The notes under the pieces are model-generated. The model was not told the origin of the DNA, ran no database searches, and was given only the letters and a program-made list of their open reading frames with translations. From the NCBI GenBank assembly GCA_951406725.2, contig OX597814.1, forward strand, positions 43,338,001-43,402,000: 64,000 nt of DNA, read 5' to 3'. This document shows positions 1-12,784 of the stretch, piece by piece (position 1 is the stretch's first letter; every line of letters starts with the position of its first letter). The position numbers and the translations under genes were made by a program. The stretch comes from Octopus vulgaris (taxonomy: Eukaryota).

Positions 1-17
1 ATATATGCATATATATA

Positions 18-53
<36 letters not shown>

Positions 54-596
54 ACCATACTTATAAAACACAGATTCGAAGACGTATTTTAAGACATATT
101 TTGGGTGCGTTCCTCTGCTTTCTATTTTTAGCATGCGTTCATACAGACGTACATACACATGCAGGCGCGCACACACGCATACACATATCCACACACACAT
201 GTATACATTTATACATGCATACATACATACTGTTGACGTCATAAGAATTCATAAATTTTCGAGTGAGCTTGAATAATTCCCTTTTGAAATATTAACACAC
301 GAGGCACATCACATACAGCTATAAACATTGCCATGAAAATATATCGTTTTAAAAATCTTTTTGATACTAAAGGTTAAAGGCTGCCCGTGTAAAATGAACA
401 CGCATCTGCTATAGACCTGACAGTGGAAGAATTTCTTTCTATACTTTTTTGTAACTTTATTCCTACCAGCAAGTGATGTATGCAGTTCACGTCATCAGAA
501 CTTGCAATCTTTTGCTAGAATGTGAAATAATTCTTGTTTAGAATATTGGCTCTCAAGAGAGACAGAGAGATGAACAGAATTGGGTAGATAGAGAGA

Positions 597-620
597 AAGA
601 AAGATAGATAGATAGAAAGG

Positions 621-682
<62 letters not shown>

Positions 683-753
683 TATGCATATATACAAACA
701 TACATACATACAGAAAAACAGATAGACATGTGCATGCGTGTGTGTCTCTATAT

Positions 754-811
<58 letters not shown>

Positions 812-830
812 TTGTATGTATGTATATGTG
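597..830. repeat. Compound microsatellite (GATA)n/(TA)n/(TG)n
   Basis: Directly visible tandem repeats; they explain the YLSI/IYIY ORFs. Confidence 0.95.
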
Positions 831-1399
831 CATTTAGACCGATATCTAATTACTTGACAATTTGAATATCAAACTATATATTACATTGCATCTCTTGCTC
901 ACCGTCTCTCCTTTCTCTTGCTCTCGGTTTATCTCCCTTTCGCTCTCTTTTTTGCTATGAACGTATGTGTGACTGCATTTGTGTATATACTCGTACACGC
1001 ACGCACTATACACTCACACATATGATCAAACATATAATGAGTGGTCTCCGCATATATTTTGGCTAATGTTGGCTCACAAGAAGAATCATATCTGAAAGCC
1101 AAAAATATCAGGGTAATTATAGCCAAGACAGTGTGCTGACACCGATAGTTTCATTTCAAGGCGTCATTTACTTTTTACCGTTCTTTTTATAACTTGTATA
1201 TTAGTCTGCTTATTCAGCAATTCAATAAAAATAACATTTTTATCGCCATCAAAATTTTATTAAATTTAATCACCGCACCTATTATGCTAAGTAAATTCTT
1301 TTGGCCTTGTTTTATGTATACTTTTTATTAGTCCTTTCACTCTTCAGAATATTGACTGTTGTATTATGTTGTTGCTTTCATTTTAGCTACTTTTATTGC

Positions 1400-3100
1400 G
1401 TCGATTACAAAATGAATTATATTAGAGACCTATAATTAAATTATGAGGCCGTGCCAGTGACAAGCTTTAACAACTGGCAAACATCAACAATATTATATTC
1501 AAAGTCTTCAATATCAACTGAATTAACCGTTATGAATTTTCATGACTTGTTTAACAACGCCAGTAAGAAACATATTGAATCGCTAAGAAAAGATATTGGA
1601 AACACATCACCTATGTATTAAAATTTCACGCTGGTGTTTACACACTAAAATCCGCAATATTTTCTAAATAACAACAATGTTGTGGCTACGTTTTGTGTTC
1701 AGTTTATGTTCTTGTAAGGATTATGCTGGGGTTGTTTATTGGTATATACATTATGCCTCGCAGTAAAACATTATATGGTTATTTAAATTCAAAGTGCTCT
1801 CAGAGATACATGAATACTAAATTCGATAGACTACCTTTTAGTACCTATACCTTATATGAAATTTGATATAATGAAAGCCCGGGAATAACGTGGGAATCGC
1901 AACAGTTATAAGAACATTAAGTACAATAACAATGAAAAATCCATATGTAGGAAATGAATATTGCAACACATACAAACTCTAATAACATTGGCTTTGAATT
2001 TTGACACAAGGCTATGCATTTCGTTGGGAGGAGATTAGTCGATTATATCGACGCCAGTATTTGGATGGTATTTATTTCCTCGAGCCCAAAAGGATGAAAG
2101 ACACAGTGACCGCGGCGGAATTTGAACGCATAACGGACGGATGAAATGCGGCTAAGTATGTTGCCCGGCGCGGTAACGATTCTGCAAAACTTGCTCTTTT
2201 AGACACTCTAACTTTATTGGTTCCAAATTTTGGCACAAGACCAGCAGAATAGAAGGAGTGATTAAGTTAATTACATTGACACATGTATACAAGCGGTACA
2301 TATTTTATTGAAAAAAGACGGTCGAAATGCCGCTAAGCTTTTTTGTCCGGTGTGCTAACGACTCTACCACCTCACCGACTTTAAAGCACTAATAATATTA
2401 ATAACAATAAATTTCATCGTAGTTGTCTAACCTCATTTTGGTATTATGTTTCCACAATAAAATACACCACGTGTTGTATCATAAAGACAATTTTCAAGAC
2501 AAATTAAATTACAATAGGGAGTATAACGAACAATTGACATAGACATTTAAAATGATAGGGAAGCAAAATAACATAAACAGGCTATTACAAATTAAACTGA
2601 ATGTTATTCCGTCGAGCAAGATACGTTGCTAGATTAATCAAAATTATTTTTATAATGTAACCAATGAATATGTGTTTTAGCGGTCGCTAAACACACACAT
2701 ATTCAAAGCATAACCTCAAGGAATGAAACGATGCATTGACCAATAAAGTCATATTTATTAAAATAAGGAAATCATGGGCAGAGTTAGAATATTTACTAGT
2801 GCTTGTGTTCTATACAGAGCGGTAACGAACTGTGAATCAAAAATATATGGCTCGTATCAAGTCAAAGTAAAACCCACAACTGTTTGTCGTATACCGCATG
2901 CCGACCTCCACTGGACGATACCTCAACTTCAATTCCCATCATCCATAGATTGTAAAGAGAGTAATTGCTCAGTGCCTAAAATTTCTAACAAAGAATATAA
3001 GTAGCGATTGTGATACCCACCAAGAAGAAATGATTAAGCTCAGTAACAATCTATTAAGCAACAACTACCCCAAACTCATACTATACACTCCAATTATGAA
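1400..3100 (+). mobile_element. Highly degenerate Penelope-like element (RT and GIY-YIG remnants), interrupted by SINEs
   Basis: ORF 2774-3004 contains CVLYRAVTNCESKIYG, resembling GIY-YIG; faint RT-like traces near 1500-1760; many stops. Confidence 0.4.
1987..2382 (-). mobile_element. Two tandem degenerate tRNA-derived SINEs (family A, Meta-domain-like)
   Basis: Similar to the copies at 12785, 29033 and 60800 (aaaggatgaaag...gcggaatttgaac...gcccggcg); second copy 2218-2382. Confidence 0.8.
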
Positions 3101-3393
3101 GAAAAGAGAGGATGAAACCAATAAGCTGTCCACAGTCTGTCTACTCTATCCGAAAAGCCTCTCCGAAAAGATACAACAGACATGGATACCACCTCTCTAC
3201 GTGGGATGAAGATAAACAATAGACAGAATACATTTCTGGAAAATACGAAAACTAAAAGAAGCAGCACATATGCTAGGACACAACAACCTCCTAAGCCGAC
3301 CAAGTGCAGATATGAATAGCATACAGGAACCGGTATTAAAGATAAGAAAATATAAGATTTATAAGCACTAAAATTCACTCTGCAATTGCCCAC

Positions 3394-3464
3394 GGGTATA
3401 TGGCGTAGTGGTTAACTGCGCGGGCTACTAACCCCAAGATTCCGAGTTTGATTCCAGGCAGTGA

Positions 3465-3502
<38 letters not shown>

Positions 3503-3662
3503 GTTCTATCATCATTATCATTGAAAAATACCTTAGAAGTGAGAATTCGTGTTCGAAATTTCCCCAAGACACATGATTAATGCTGGTGTTTATATCAGTC
3601 GAAACGTGGTGTTAACAACAAACAATATGAGGACAAATGTCAGTCAAATATAAATAATGTAA
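3394..3662 (+). mobile_element. tRNA-headed short element with (AAT)n linker and degenerate hammerhead-containing tail
   Basis: A box TGGCGTAGTGG 3401-3411; B box-like GAGTTTGATTCC 3444-3455; (AAT)n 3469-3501; tail homologous to 62055-62204. Confidence 0.75.
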
Positions 3663-3779
3663 TATTGAATTGTAAGATTTAAAAACCAATCATTATGAGT
3701 AAAAAATTAAATGATAGTTTATAGGTATTTAATCTACAATTTTTATTGCTTCGTTAGCAAACAATTCAGCTATTAAAAT

Positions 3780-4341
3780 TCTGTGCTTTGGCACTAGCAA
3801 ATAATTCCGATTCCGATGTTGTTTACTCAAAATCGTGAATGTATACATACTTCTACTGAATAACTAAAGTGAAAATAATGAAATGACGCTTCGTTTCTCT
3901 ACTGAAACTGCTATTGTATAGTTGCTACTTTTCATGTCTGATACAAGAATCTCTAAGTAAGAATACTGCAACACATATTATCTCACTTAAGTTTTGTGCC
4001 AAACACTGTCCATTGCAATAGGTTGCTTCTAATAAACAGCATTTTACATAAAGCCGTGATACAAGAAGCTACACTATATTCATTAATATATAACAAAATA
4101 ATTCCTTACTGTTTGGTAAACTCAGCAGATTAAACAAAATGGCTTACTTTTCCCTTTCTCCGAATAACTTCTGTTAGATTCATCTAGGGTAGCAAACATA
4201 GCCGTGAAATGAATAATCGTACTGTACAAAATATTTCAAACTTAGGAAAATGTTTTTAGATATACATTCAGTGTTATAGTGAAGAGGTATATTGTCAATA
4301 TTTGTTCTTCGTCTTAATATTATAAATGCAACCTGCCATCG
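3780..4341 (-). pseudogene. hAT-like transposase remnant
   Basis: Minus strand reads TRWQVAFIILRR near 4345-4310, resembling the hAT TRWxS motif; 169 bp shared with 12184-12352. Confidence 0.4.
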
Positions 4342-4851
4342 TGTTCATTAAATATATCGAAATATGTTTTTAATTTTTTCTTGCAATCTGTAATTTTATG
4401 TTTAAGGTAATACTATTTATTTCCCATAATGAATATATCGGCTTGGAATTGTGAAAGAGGAGCAGACGTCAAGCTTTTTTATGAATTCACTGTTGTCGTC
4501 TTCCGAGGCAGCAAAATATTAATCCAATTTAAATAGATAAAACTTACTTCGTTCAAGAAATCTCATTTACTCTGCATGTTTGACATATAAGCTACCACAT
4601 TCATTTGCTACAGAGCAATCATAAGACCTCGTATAAATATATTCTAATATTTGCTTTAATCATTTGACTGCTGTCATGCTGGGGCACCGCTTTTTTTAGT
4701 CGAACAAATCGATCCCAGGACTTATTCTTTGTACGCCTAGTACTTACTCTATCGGTCTCTATAGCCGGACTGCTAGGTTGCGGGGACGTAAACACACCGA
4801 CATCAGCTGTCAAGCGATGCTGGTGTGGGACAAACACAGACACACAAACAT

Positions 4852-4903
<52 letters not shown>

Positions 4904-4917
<14 letters not shown>

Positions 4918-5100
4918 AAATGAAGAAAATGCTGACAAATAATTGAAGTAATTTAAGTAATTTAATTAGGTGAAAGTTCTTTTTACCGGTTGCGCATTTG
5001 TTATGCTTGCGCAACCGGTAAAAAGAACTTTCACCTAATTAAATTACTTAAATTACTTCAATTATTTGTCAGCATTTTCTTCATTTCCTTTTTTATATAT
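4904..5100. repeat. Perfect inverted repeat, 93-bp arms, 11-nt loop
   Basis: 4904-4996 is the exact reverse complement of 5008-5100. Confidence 0.95.
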
Positions 5101-5151
5101 CACCACTCGTGTTCGACATCTCCTTTTTTTAAATATATATATATATATATA

Positions 5152-5760
5152 TCAACATCACAATCAAGGAATGGCCATAATAGGCCATTCACCCACTAGA
5201 AATAACAGCCAAAGCTTCAACCGCAAAATAACATTAATTCCGCAAACCAGGAGAAAATTAAAAAAAAACATTTACCCTGTAATTTCTTATACGATGCACC
5301 GTTTCATCTATTGTTTAATGGTAAATTAACCTGATTAAATTAAATCAAGCCAATCTTCCATAGAAGATTATGAATTTTCTGGTTAATTCCGTAATGGAAT
5401 CGGCGGCTTATATTTGCTGCCGATAAATTTGGCGCGAGTGCGATGATTTGAAAATTTTAGGTCAGATATTGCCGAGGCAGGGACAGAGGTGCCTCGTGAT
5501 AATATCTGCTCGGATCTGGCTCTTTCTTACTGAAGAATCTATCGGCCTATGGAAGATTGGCTTGATTTAATTTAATCAGGTTAGTTTACCATTAAACAAT
5601 AGATGAAACGGTGCATCGTATAAGAAATTACAGGGTAAATGTTTTTTTTTTTAATTTTCTCCTGGTTTGCGGAATTAATGTTATTTTGCGGTTGAAGCTT
5701 TGGCTGTTATTTCTAGTGGGTGAATGGCCTATTATGGCCATTCCTTGATTGTGATGTTGA
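5152..5760. repeat. Long inverted repeat, ~212-bp arms, 183-nt structured spacer
   Basis: 5152-5363 versus 5547-5760 are near-perfect reverse complements (one substitution, poly-A/T length difference). Confidence 0.95.
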
Positions 5761-5919
5761 ACTTATAAATGGTCTATGACTATTTAATTTTTTTCCCACT
5801 AGGCCGCTGGTGGCAAATAAATTCTACGAAATTTTTTGCCACCCTATATTGATTATATATATATATATGCATGTATATATATATATATGTATGTATATGT
5901 ATGTATATGTATATATATG

Positions 5920-5972
<53 letters not shown>

Positions 5973-6132
5973 ACGGGCTTCTTTCCGTTTCCGGGTATCA
6001 AATCCACTCACAATGCTATGCTCATCCCAAGGCTATAGTAGAAGTCTCTTGCCCAAGGCGCCAAGCAGTGCTACTAAACCCGGAACCATGTGGCAGGTAA
6101 GGAAGCTACTTGCCATACAGACACTCCTACGC

Positions 6133-6165
<33 letters not shown>

Positions 6166-6390
6166 GAGAGAGAGAGAGACAGAAAGAGATTGAGAGAGAA
6201 AGAGACATATAAGAAAAAGAACTGGAGCAACAATTGACAATTAGAAGTTCATCACTGGTGTTGAAAAGTCATAGTTTACTTGTAGTTCAAGAATATTTAC
6301 AGCTGTTTCAGTTTGCTAATTGGAAATAATAATATTAATAACGACATTAACTATGATAACAATAATAATAGGAATGATTAGCTATGATAA

Positions 6391-6770
6391 TGTAAAACTA
6401 AAAATGGAATCTACCAATGCGATGTATTCTCCAATAATTACAAGAAAACTTATATAGGAGCAAGTAAAAATGAAATGAAACTTAGCTATAATTCCCATCA
6501 CCTAAGTCTCATAAAGAGAAGTAAAGCTAACTCTACCTGATTAAGTAGTTACATCTGGGAACTTAAAGATAATAACATTAGTTATAGATTAGAATGGCCG
6601 TATCCTAGCCAAAACATCTTCATATAACCTTAAAAAATAATCGCTATAATTTATGCCTAAATGAGAAATTCTTCATTTGAATGGTAAAAATCAGAATTAC
6701 TTAATAAACGAAACGAGAATTATAGATCATATTTACTTAAAGATGAATTCTTATTCTCTAAATACGGCTA
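6391..6770 (+). pseudogene. Penelope-like GIY-YIG endonuclease remnant
   Basis: Translates CKTKNGIYQCDVFSNNYKKTYIGASKNEMK...ST*LSSYIWELKDNNISYRLEW, then frameshifted NLCLNEKFFI and LLNKRNE. Confidence 0.85.
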
Positions 6771-7505
6771 ATACCTACATTACAGGTTTCTGGCTTACCT
6801 ACCTAACATCTGATTACCTCCAGAGCATGATTTAATATCACATCTCAATTAAATTAAATTAAATTACCCCGATTAACTGAATTATCTAACTTCAATCTAA
6901 GTTGTACACCTGGATATATAATTCTCTATAATATATTCATTTTAAAGTAAGATCACTGACTAACATACCAATTGCTAGGGCGGCCACTAACATAAACACG
7001 ATCAAACGAGCGATTTACCCTATCCTAGCCGACTGTATTGGTTTTTTTTATTATATTAACGAGTAGATAGCCCGCACTGCAGATAAAACATGTTATGTAT
7101 TTATATATTTATTATATATTTTAATTAACCCAATTTTATACATATCGCACTAACATTTTAAAACATCCTTAGTTTTTAAAAAGGGTATTATTTGTAAAAA
7201 TTGGAACTCATTTACCATAAATATACACATACAGACACACACACATATGTGACTTGGGTAGATAGCGTTTAACAGCAGCGAAGTATACAAATCAAATTCA
7301 CACAAAATCATGAAATTTATTTATAATATTATTTCGTTTTTATTTAAAAATAATCACAGTCATTCCTTTCACAAAAACCAAAACAAAAAATATTTGGCAT
7401 TCACTCTCCTTACGATGTGATTTAATATTTTGTTAAACGGAAGTTACCACAATCAGGACACCGATATAAATTATCAATTTCATATGCGTGACCGAAAGGG
7501 CGAAA

Positions 7506-8415
7506 TATCTGGTCATCGCATAACTTATGTCTGAATTTTGAATAAAGAAAACAACTGATCAAGTGTTTTATTTAGTTGAAATTTAATCATCAATGTACTT
7601 TCGTTGATTATCTATGACTTGACTTCCTTCCATCTATTTACAAACTTTGTAATCCCATCAATGTAAAACTCTTGGTTTCAAAGCGAAGAACACTGAAATG
7701 TCACTTTCGACCTCCTCTTGACTTGCGAACATTATGTCCCCCACATTGTTCTGTAAACTACGAAAAAAATGGTAGTCTGAATGAGCAAGGTCGTGAGAAT
7801 AAGGTGGATAAGCAATATTTTCCCAACCAAGCTCTTCGATGTGTGGGTTCGCTCATTGTCCTGATAAAACATCACTCTTTTTCGATTCACTAAAGCTGTT
7901 TTTTTTTTTCTTCAAAGCTTGGTTCAAACGCTCTAGCTGCTGAGAGTAGACTTGAGAATTGATTCTTGCGTCAGGTTGTAACAGTTCAAAGTGAATTTCT
8001 CCTTTACAATCTCGCCACGTAGAGAGAAGAACCTTTTCCCCTGAAGTTCCCTTCTGGGTTGTGGTTGAGCTTGTTCCCTTTTACCTATTTTGCAAACATT
8101 CTTCTGGAAGTTCTTTCATTCAAGCATTCTTTCCCATAAACTGAGTGTGTTTCGAGTTGCTTCGGCTGCAGGGTTTCCTTTTTTGTACCCATAAAGCATT
8201 ATGTGCCTTAAATGCTCTTTGGATACTTGCATGTTACAAAGGGTTTTAATCAAAAAATGTTAATTTATTATTCTGTAAAATAATATTTGATGAGTTAAAT
8301 GTACACAAATGCATACAACTATTTTTTAATTGCATTAGACATTCTAAAATACTATTAAATTTCATTCAATTTTAAAAAAGGTAAATTCGGACAGAACTTA
8401 TGGGATGACCTGATA
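7506..8415 (-). mobile_element. Internally deleted mariner element with TIRs and TA target duplication
   Basis: TIRs tatctggtcatcgcataacttatgtctgaattt and aaattcggacagaacttatgggatgacctgata; minus strand MQVSKEHLRHIMLY at the N terminus and DNQRKYIDD* at the C terminus. Confidence 0.85.
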
Positions 8416-8536
8416 CTTTGTAGCATCGCTTTATACATGCAATCTGCTGGACATCTTACAGCTGAAGACTTTCTTAAAATGTGCTATTAGAATCTTAAAA
8501 GAGACCATTCAGAAAACAGGATTACTATGCATATTA

Positions 8537-8753
8537 ATACTCTTTTCTACTCAAGGCACAAGAACTGAAATTTTGGGCGAGGGGACAATCGAGTAGATTG
8601 TCCCCAGTACGTAGCTGGTATTAATTCAACGACCCGGAAAGCATGAAAGGCCAAGTCAACCACGGCTGAATTTGAACTCAGATTATAAACACAAATGAAA
8701 TACAACTAATCATTTCGCCCGGCGCGCTAACGTTTCTGCCAGCTCGCTGCCTT
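8537..8753 (-). mobile_element. tRNA-derived SINE (family A)
   Basis: Homologous to the 60800-61032 head and core; flanked by ttactatg direct repeats. Confidence 0.85.
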
Positions 8754-11700
8754 ACTATGTATGTGTATAGATATTGATAAGGCGTTCTAACAAAGTTTTC
8801 TCTTAACTTACTCGATTTTAAAGAAGTCCGTTAAAACGTAATATGCACATGGGTATTTAGCCTGGGGTATTCCTGTTGCCGCCTACAATTACGTCCAGAT
8901 TAAGACAAGGGAAAGGGAGAATTTCTTGAGGAGTAGGAGAGAGGGTGAATATTCCTTTTAAAGAGAGAGGACTGTTCTGGGTATTATATGTTTTTAAATT
9001 ATCATTATCGTTATTATTTATTATTTTCGTATGAGTGAGAGACTATATGTAATAATATTTCATATACATACTCCAATTTTTTTTTTCTTTCTACGTGTCC
9101 AAGTATATGTATATATCGTCATTTTGCCATTCTTAGATCATAAAATTAGTTTGTCTTTATTTGTTTAAAACCCCTGGGAATTATATACCATCCACTTTTT
9201 TCTCCTTTTTTCCCTTTTCTTTCTTACTCTCTTAAGGGTGGAGAGAAAAGAAAAGAGATAGAGGCTAGGAAATGAAAGCCAGACAGTCATTCCAAATCAA
9301 GATTAACACTATACTTAAATAGGATCGACATTTTCTATTTTCTTTACATTTAATATTATTTTTAATCTTGAATATTCTAGTTAACTTTGAATACATTATT
9401 AGCATATTCTCGTCAAATTAAGTACAGTTTCATAAGTGCAGAAGCGATATTTTACTGGAAGCAGTTGGAATTTGGTATCTGTACATTTATGCAACGGCGT
9501 TGCTGCGCTATAGAGTCTCCAGATGGAATTTGGCAAGCTAGTACGTGTCATCCTAACACAAAGTGGTGCTTTTGTAAGTAAGTATTCCAAACAGGTTGCA
9601 TGTAGCAGTTAATCTATGTTAGTCTTTTTTATTTTTGTCATGCAGTATAACTACATATTGTCCATCTATGTAAGGCTTCGATTTATAGTTATTTACTAAA
9701 TTTGGTATATGTATGATTATGTTTCATGCTTAGTATTAAGATTAGTTATTCAAAGTGTAAGACCATATTTTGTAAGGATTGTGTTCGCCGTGGCTATTAT
9801 TGATTATCTTGCTTTCAATCAATACACCAAAAGCATGCATCAACCCTTTGTGCGCGTTAGAAGTTCAAGCGACAAAATTAATAATTTCCACTTATGAGAT
9901 TTAATATTTCACAGCGACGGTGTATAACTAAGTTTATACACGGTGTATTACTAAGTTTACTATATTGCATCAATGAAATCTAATTGTCGCACGCGAGGCT
10001 AATGCTAAAAGCACGTATTACGTAGCTTGTACAAAACTTTTTTGATAAGAACGATAGCGTTTCTACTACTTAGGTGACATTAAATATATGTCCATGCGGT
10101 GAAAGAATTCAATATTCATTCTCATTCGAACATTTTTCGTACGCATATAGCCATACTCTTTTCGAGCTTTAATTATTCCTAGCATACAAAATTGACCAGC
10201 TCTCTTCTGCTTTTATTCTATTTGGCGTTCCAAGTCATCTGCTCCAATGGTCAGTTTATTTCATTTCATTATCAGTGATGAAAACCGGCTTCTCAAATGC
10301 TGAGAGAATTCACACGCTACGAAACTTCAATCATTACGTCAGCATAGATTCAAAGCATATGGTATTTAGTAAATAAGCATTTTTGCTAGCAAACATAAAC
10401 AGACCAGATTGAAAACTATGTATTTGCAATATCCCAGCAGATATATCTGCGCGAAGGTAGCTAACTATAATAGCGTCTTGTAGATGTTCCAGACAAGTTA
10501 ACAATGACTTGGACAAATGTTCACATGGGTGAGATATACGCACATTGTGTATTATAGAAATTTACTGCATGATTGTGAATTTTCATTTTGGTGAAAACAT
10601 CATAGTGTGATGTTACACATGCTGGATTGACGGCGAGAGTTAGATCGGTTATCAACTGGTTATTACTTATGACTTTTTTATAACCGGTTTAAGATTGTTT
10701 AAGTAGCTTCTGGATACGGCCACTATCTGATCGTTCAATGTGTCAAGCAACGCGCATGAAAAATTTCGAATATTGTCAATACCTGGATATCTGCAGTCTC
10801 CAAAAGTGGCAAAAATCTGTTTGAGATCAAGTTTTCATCTTTTGGTAAAATAGTTTTGTTACACCGTTTTTATGGTGTCTCATCCGGTTGTGAGCTATTG
10901 TTTCTTTTGCATAGAGCAGGCTTTACAAAGATGCATTTCCAACGTACATCAAGTGCTTTTATTGTTGGTTATTATATCCACTCCGTATATTGCTTTCACA
11001 TATTGGTTCAGCATTTTTTCGGATTTTACTGATATAATATTGACGTAGCAGTTATCTCCTTTTAATCCTTGTTTTTAAAAGGGAATATTTTGTAAACATT
11101 TGATTTTTGGGATAAAAGATTCCTCGCTATAAATTTATTACTTCTAGGAGAGGTATATAACGTCATTTATGTTATTTACAAACTTGCCTATGTAGAATAC
11201 ATATTCTATATTTCAATTTACGCTTCCAAGTATATACTTCATGGAGATAATGCCTTTCTTTCGTAACGATGCATTATTTAATCTTGCTTATATTTTGTGG
11301 TAAATATAGAAGCATATCAATAATTGTTTAACAGGTTAATACAATTGAGAACTAGAACATTGTGATGTGCTACCTTTCCTTACATATTGGTCATATCATC
11401 CTTTAATCTATGTTGATCTTTAAGAGAGCATCTTTTAGAACTATGCTTTTAAACTACTTAAAATACTTAAAAGCATGTTAGCAAGTTCTTTTTACATCCA
11501 TCGTTAATTTCCTTTTGTTAAGCCCCTGCGGAATGTTGCAGATTGCAGAAGCCACATAGACGATACTTTCTGTCATTCAAAGAATACAATGCTCGCAACT
11601 GTTAATATCTACACTTAATATTTTTACTGTTATGCTCCTCGTTAACGCAGTATTATTCTTCACCTATTATTCTTTCCACCGTTTACAGTGGCGCAAAAGG

Positions 11701-12183
11701 CATTAGAATATTCAAGTTTTAAAGCCACTATTCTTAACTGTCCGTAAAGCATTTTGCCATTGTGTATTATTGTTAACGTGAATGAAATGTTTGTATATTT
11801 TCCTAACCATCACATTGTATTGTTGTACATTTGTTAATATTCATAGTGTTTATATGTGAATATTTGTTGGAAATAGAAAGTACTTCGTTTATCCTGTAAT
11901 TTGATTCATTTTTGATAAAATGATAAGTTGCCCGTTCTGTTCGATTTCCAATCTCTTCAGCTTGAGATAGAGCAACATAAGTTGATTGACTGTATTATGA
12001 ACCATGAATGAATTATTCCTAGTGAACTACCTGTCTAAAAATATAGAAAAAATATGTATTAAGAGTTTATTTTTGCTTTAACTTCAAGTGAGAGCTCTGA
12101 TGAAATATCCGGCTGTTTTCCTATATTTACTTTATTATTACCGTTTGCGGAATCCATCAAAAACATTCTCTCTCGAAACAAAA

Positions 12184-12700
12184 GTTAGATTCATCTAGGT
12201 TAGCAAACATAGCCGTGAAATGAATAATCGTACTGTATAAAATATTTCAAACTTACGAAAATGTTTTTAGATATACATTCAGTGTTAGAGTGAAGAGGTA
12301 TATTGTCAATATTTGTTCTTCGTCTTAATATTCTAAATGCAACCTACCATCGAGATTATCTTTGCTCCCATTCTCAGATCAAGGCTTTGCTTTTCAACTT
12401 TTTCGTTACGGTCTTCGAGGCACTATGTTTTCTTTTCATTTTCAAATATTTTCCCCCAGAAATACGCATGGCACAACGATTAGAGAAAAAAATAATTGGT
12501 ATATTGGCTCCTGTTCTGCGTTTCCTCGTTTTCGAAGATTTCATATCTTTCCCAGCAATATTACCATCGCTCTTTTGTGTGCATACAAAGTCAAATCTCT
12601 TGTAAAGTTTTCAGTGAATCATTAGAGTAACATTATCATCTCTACAATTTATACATGCATATGGATATGAGATATAGTCACCATAGTTTCGACGAGTATT
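12184..12700 (-). pseudogene. hAT-like transposase remnant
   Basis: NRCAMRI (cf. hAT CxxH motif) upstream of SRW*VAFRILRR; shares a block with 4173-4341. Confidence 0.35.
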
Positions 12701-12784
12701 TACACTTGATTGCGTAGTTATGCTTATCTATGAGACAAATAGTCCAGTTTAGCCAATTCCTGCACCAGGAAAATCATTTCCTTA

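Larger units (their letters stand above)
4650..6134 (-). mobile_element. tRNA-derived CORE-like SINE (family B) split by a ~950-bp insertion in its internal (TA)n tract
   Basis: 3' half 4650-4850 and 5' half 5969-6134 match the + copy at 28827-28978 and 29391-29590. Confidence 0.8.

Noticed and set aside
21-833. IYIY/YLSI/CVCV ORFs here and throughout the window
   Set aside because: Translations of stop-free microsatellites, not genes.
3394-3466. Functional tRNA-Ser gene
   Set aside because: Acceptor stem does not pair, B box is mutated, and it is fused to a repeated tail; it is a SINE-like head.
5809-5850. Helitron 3' hairpin
   Set aside because: No CTRR terminus at the expected distance and no matching 5' TC end identified.
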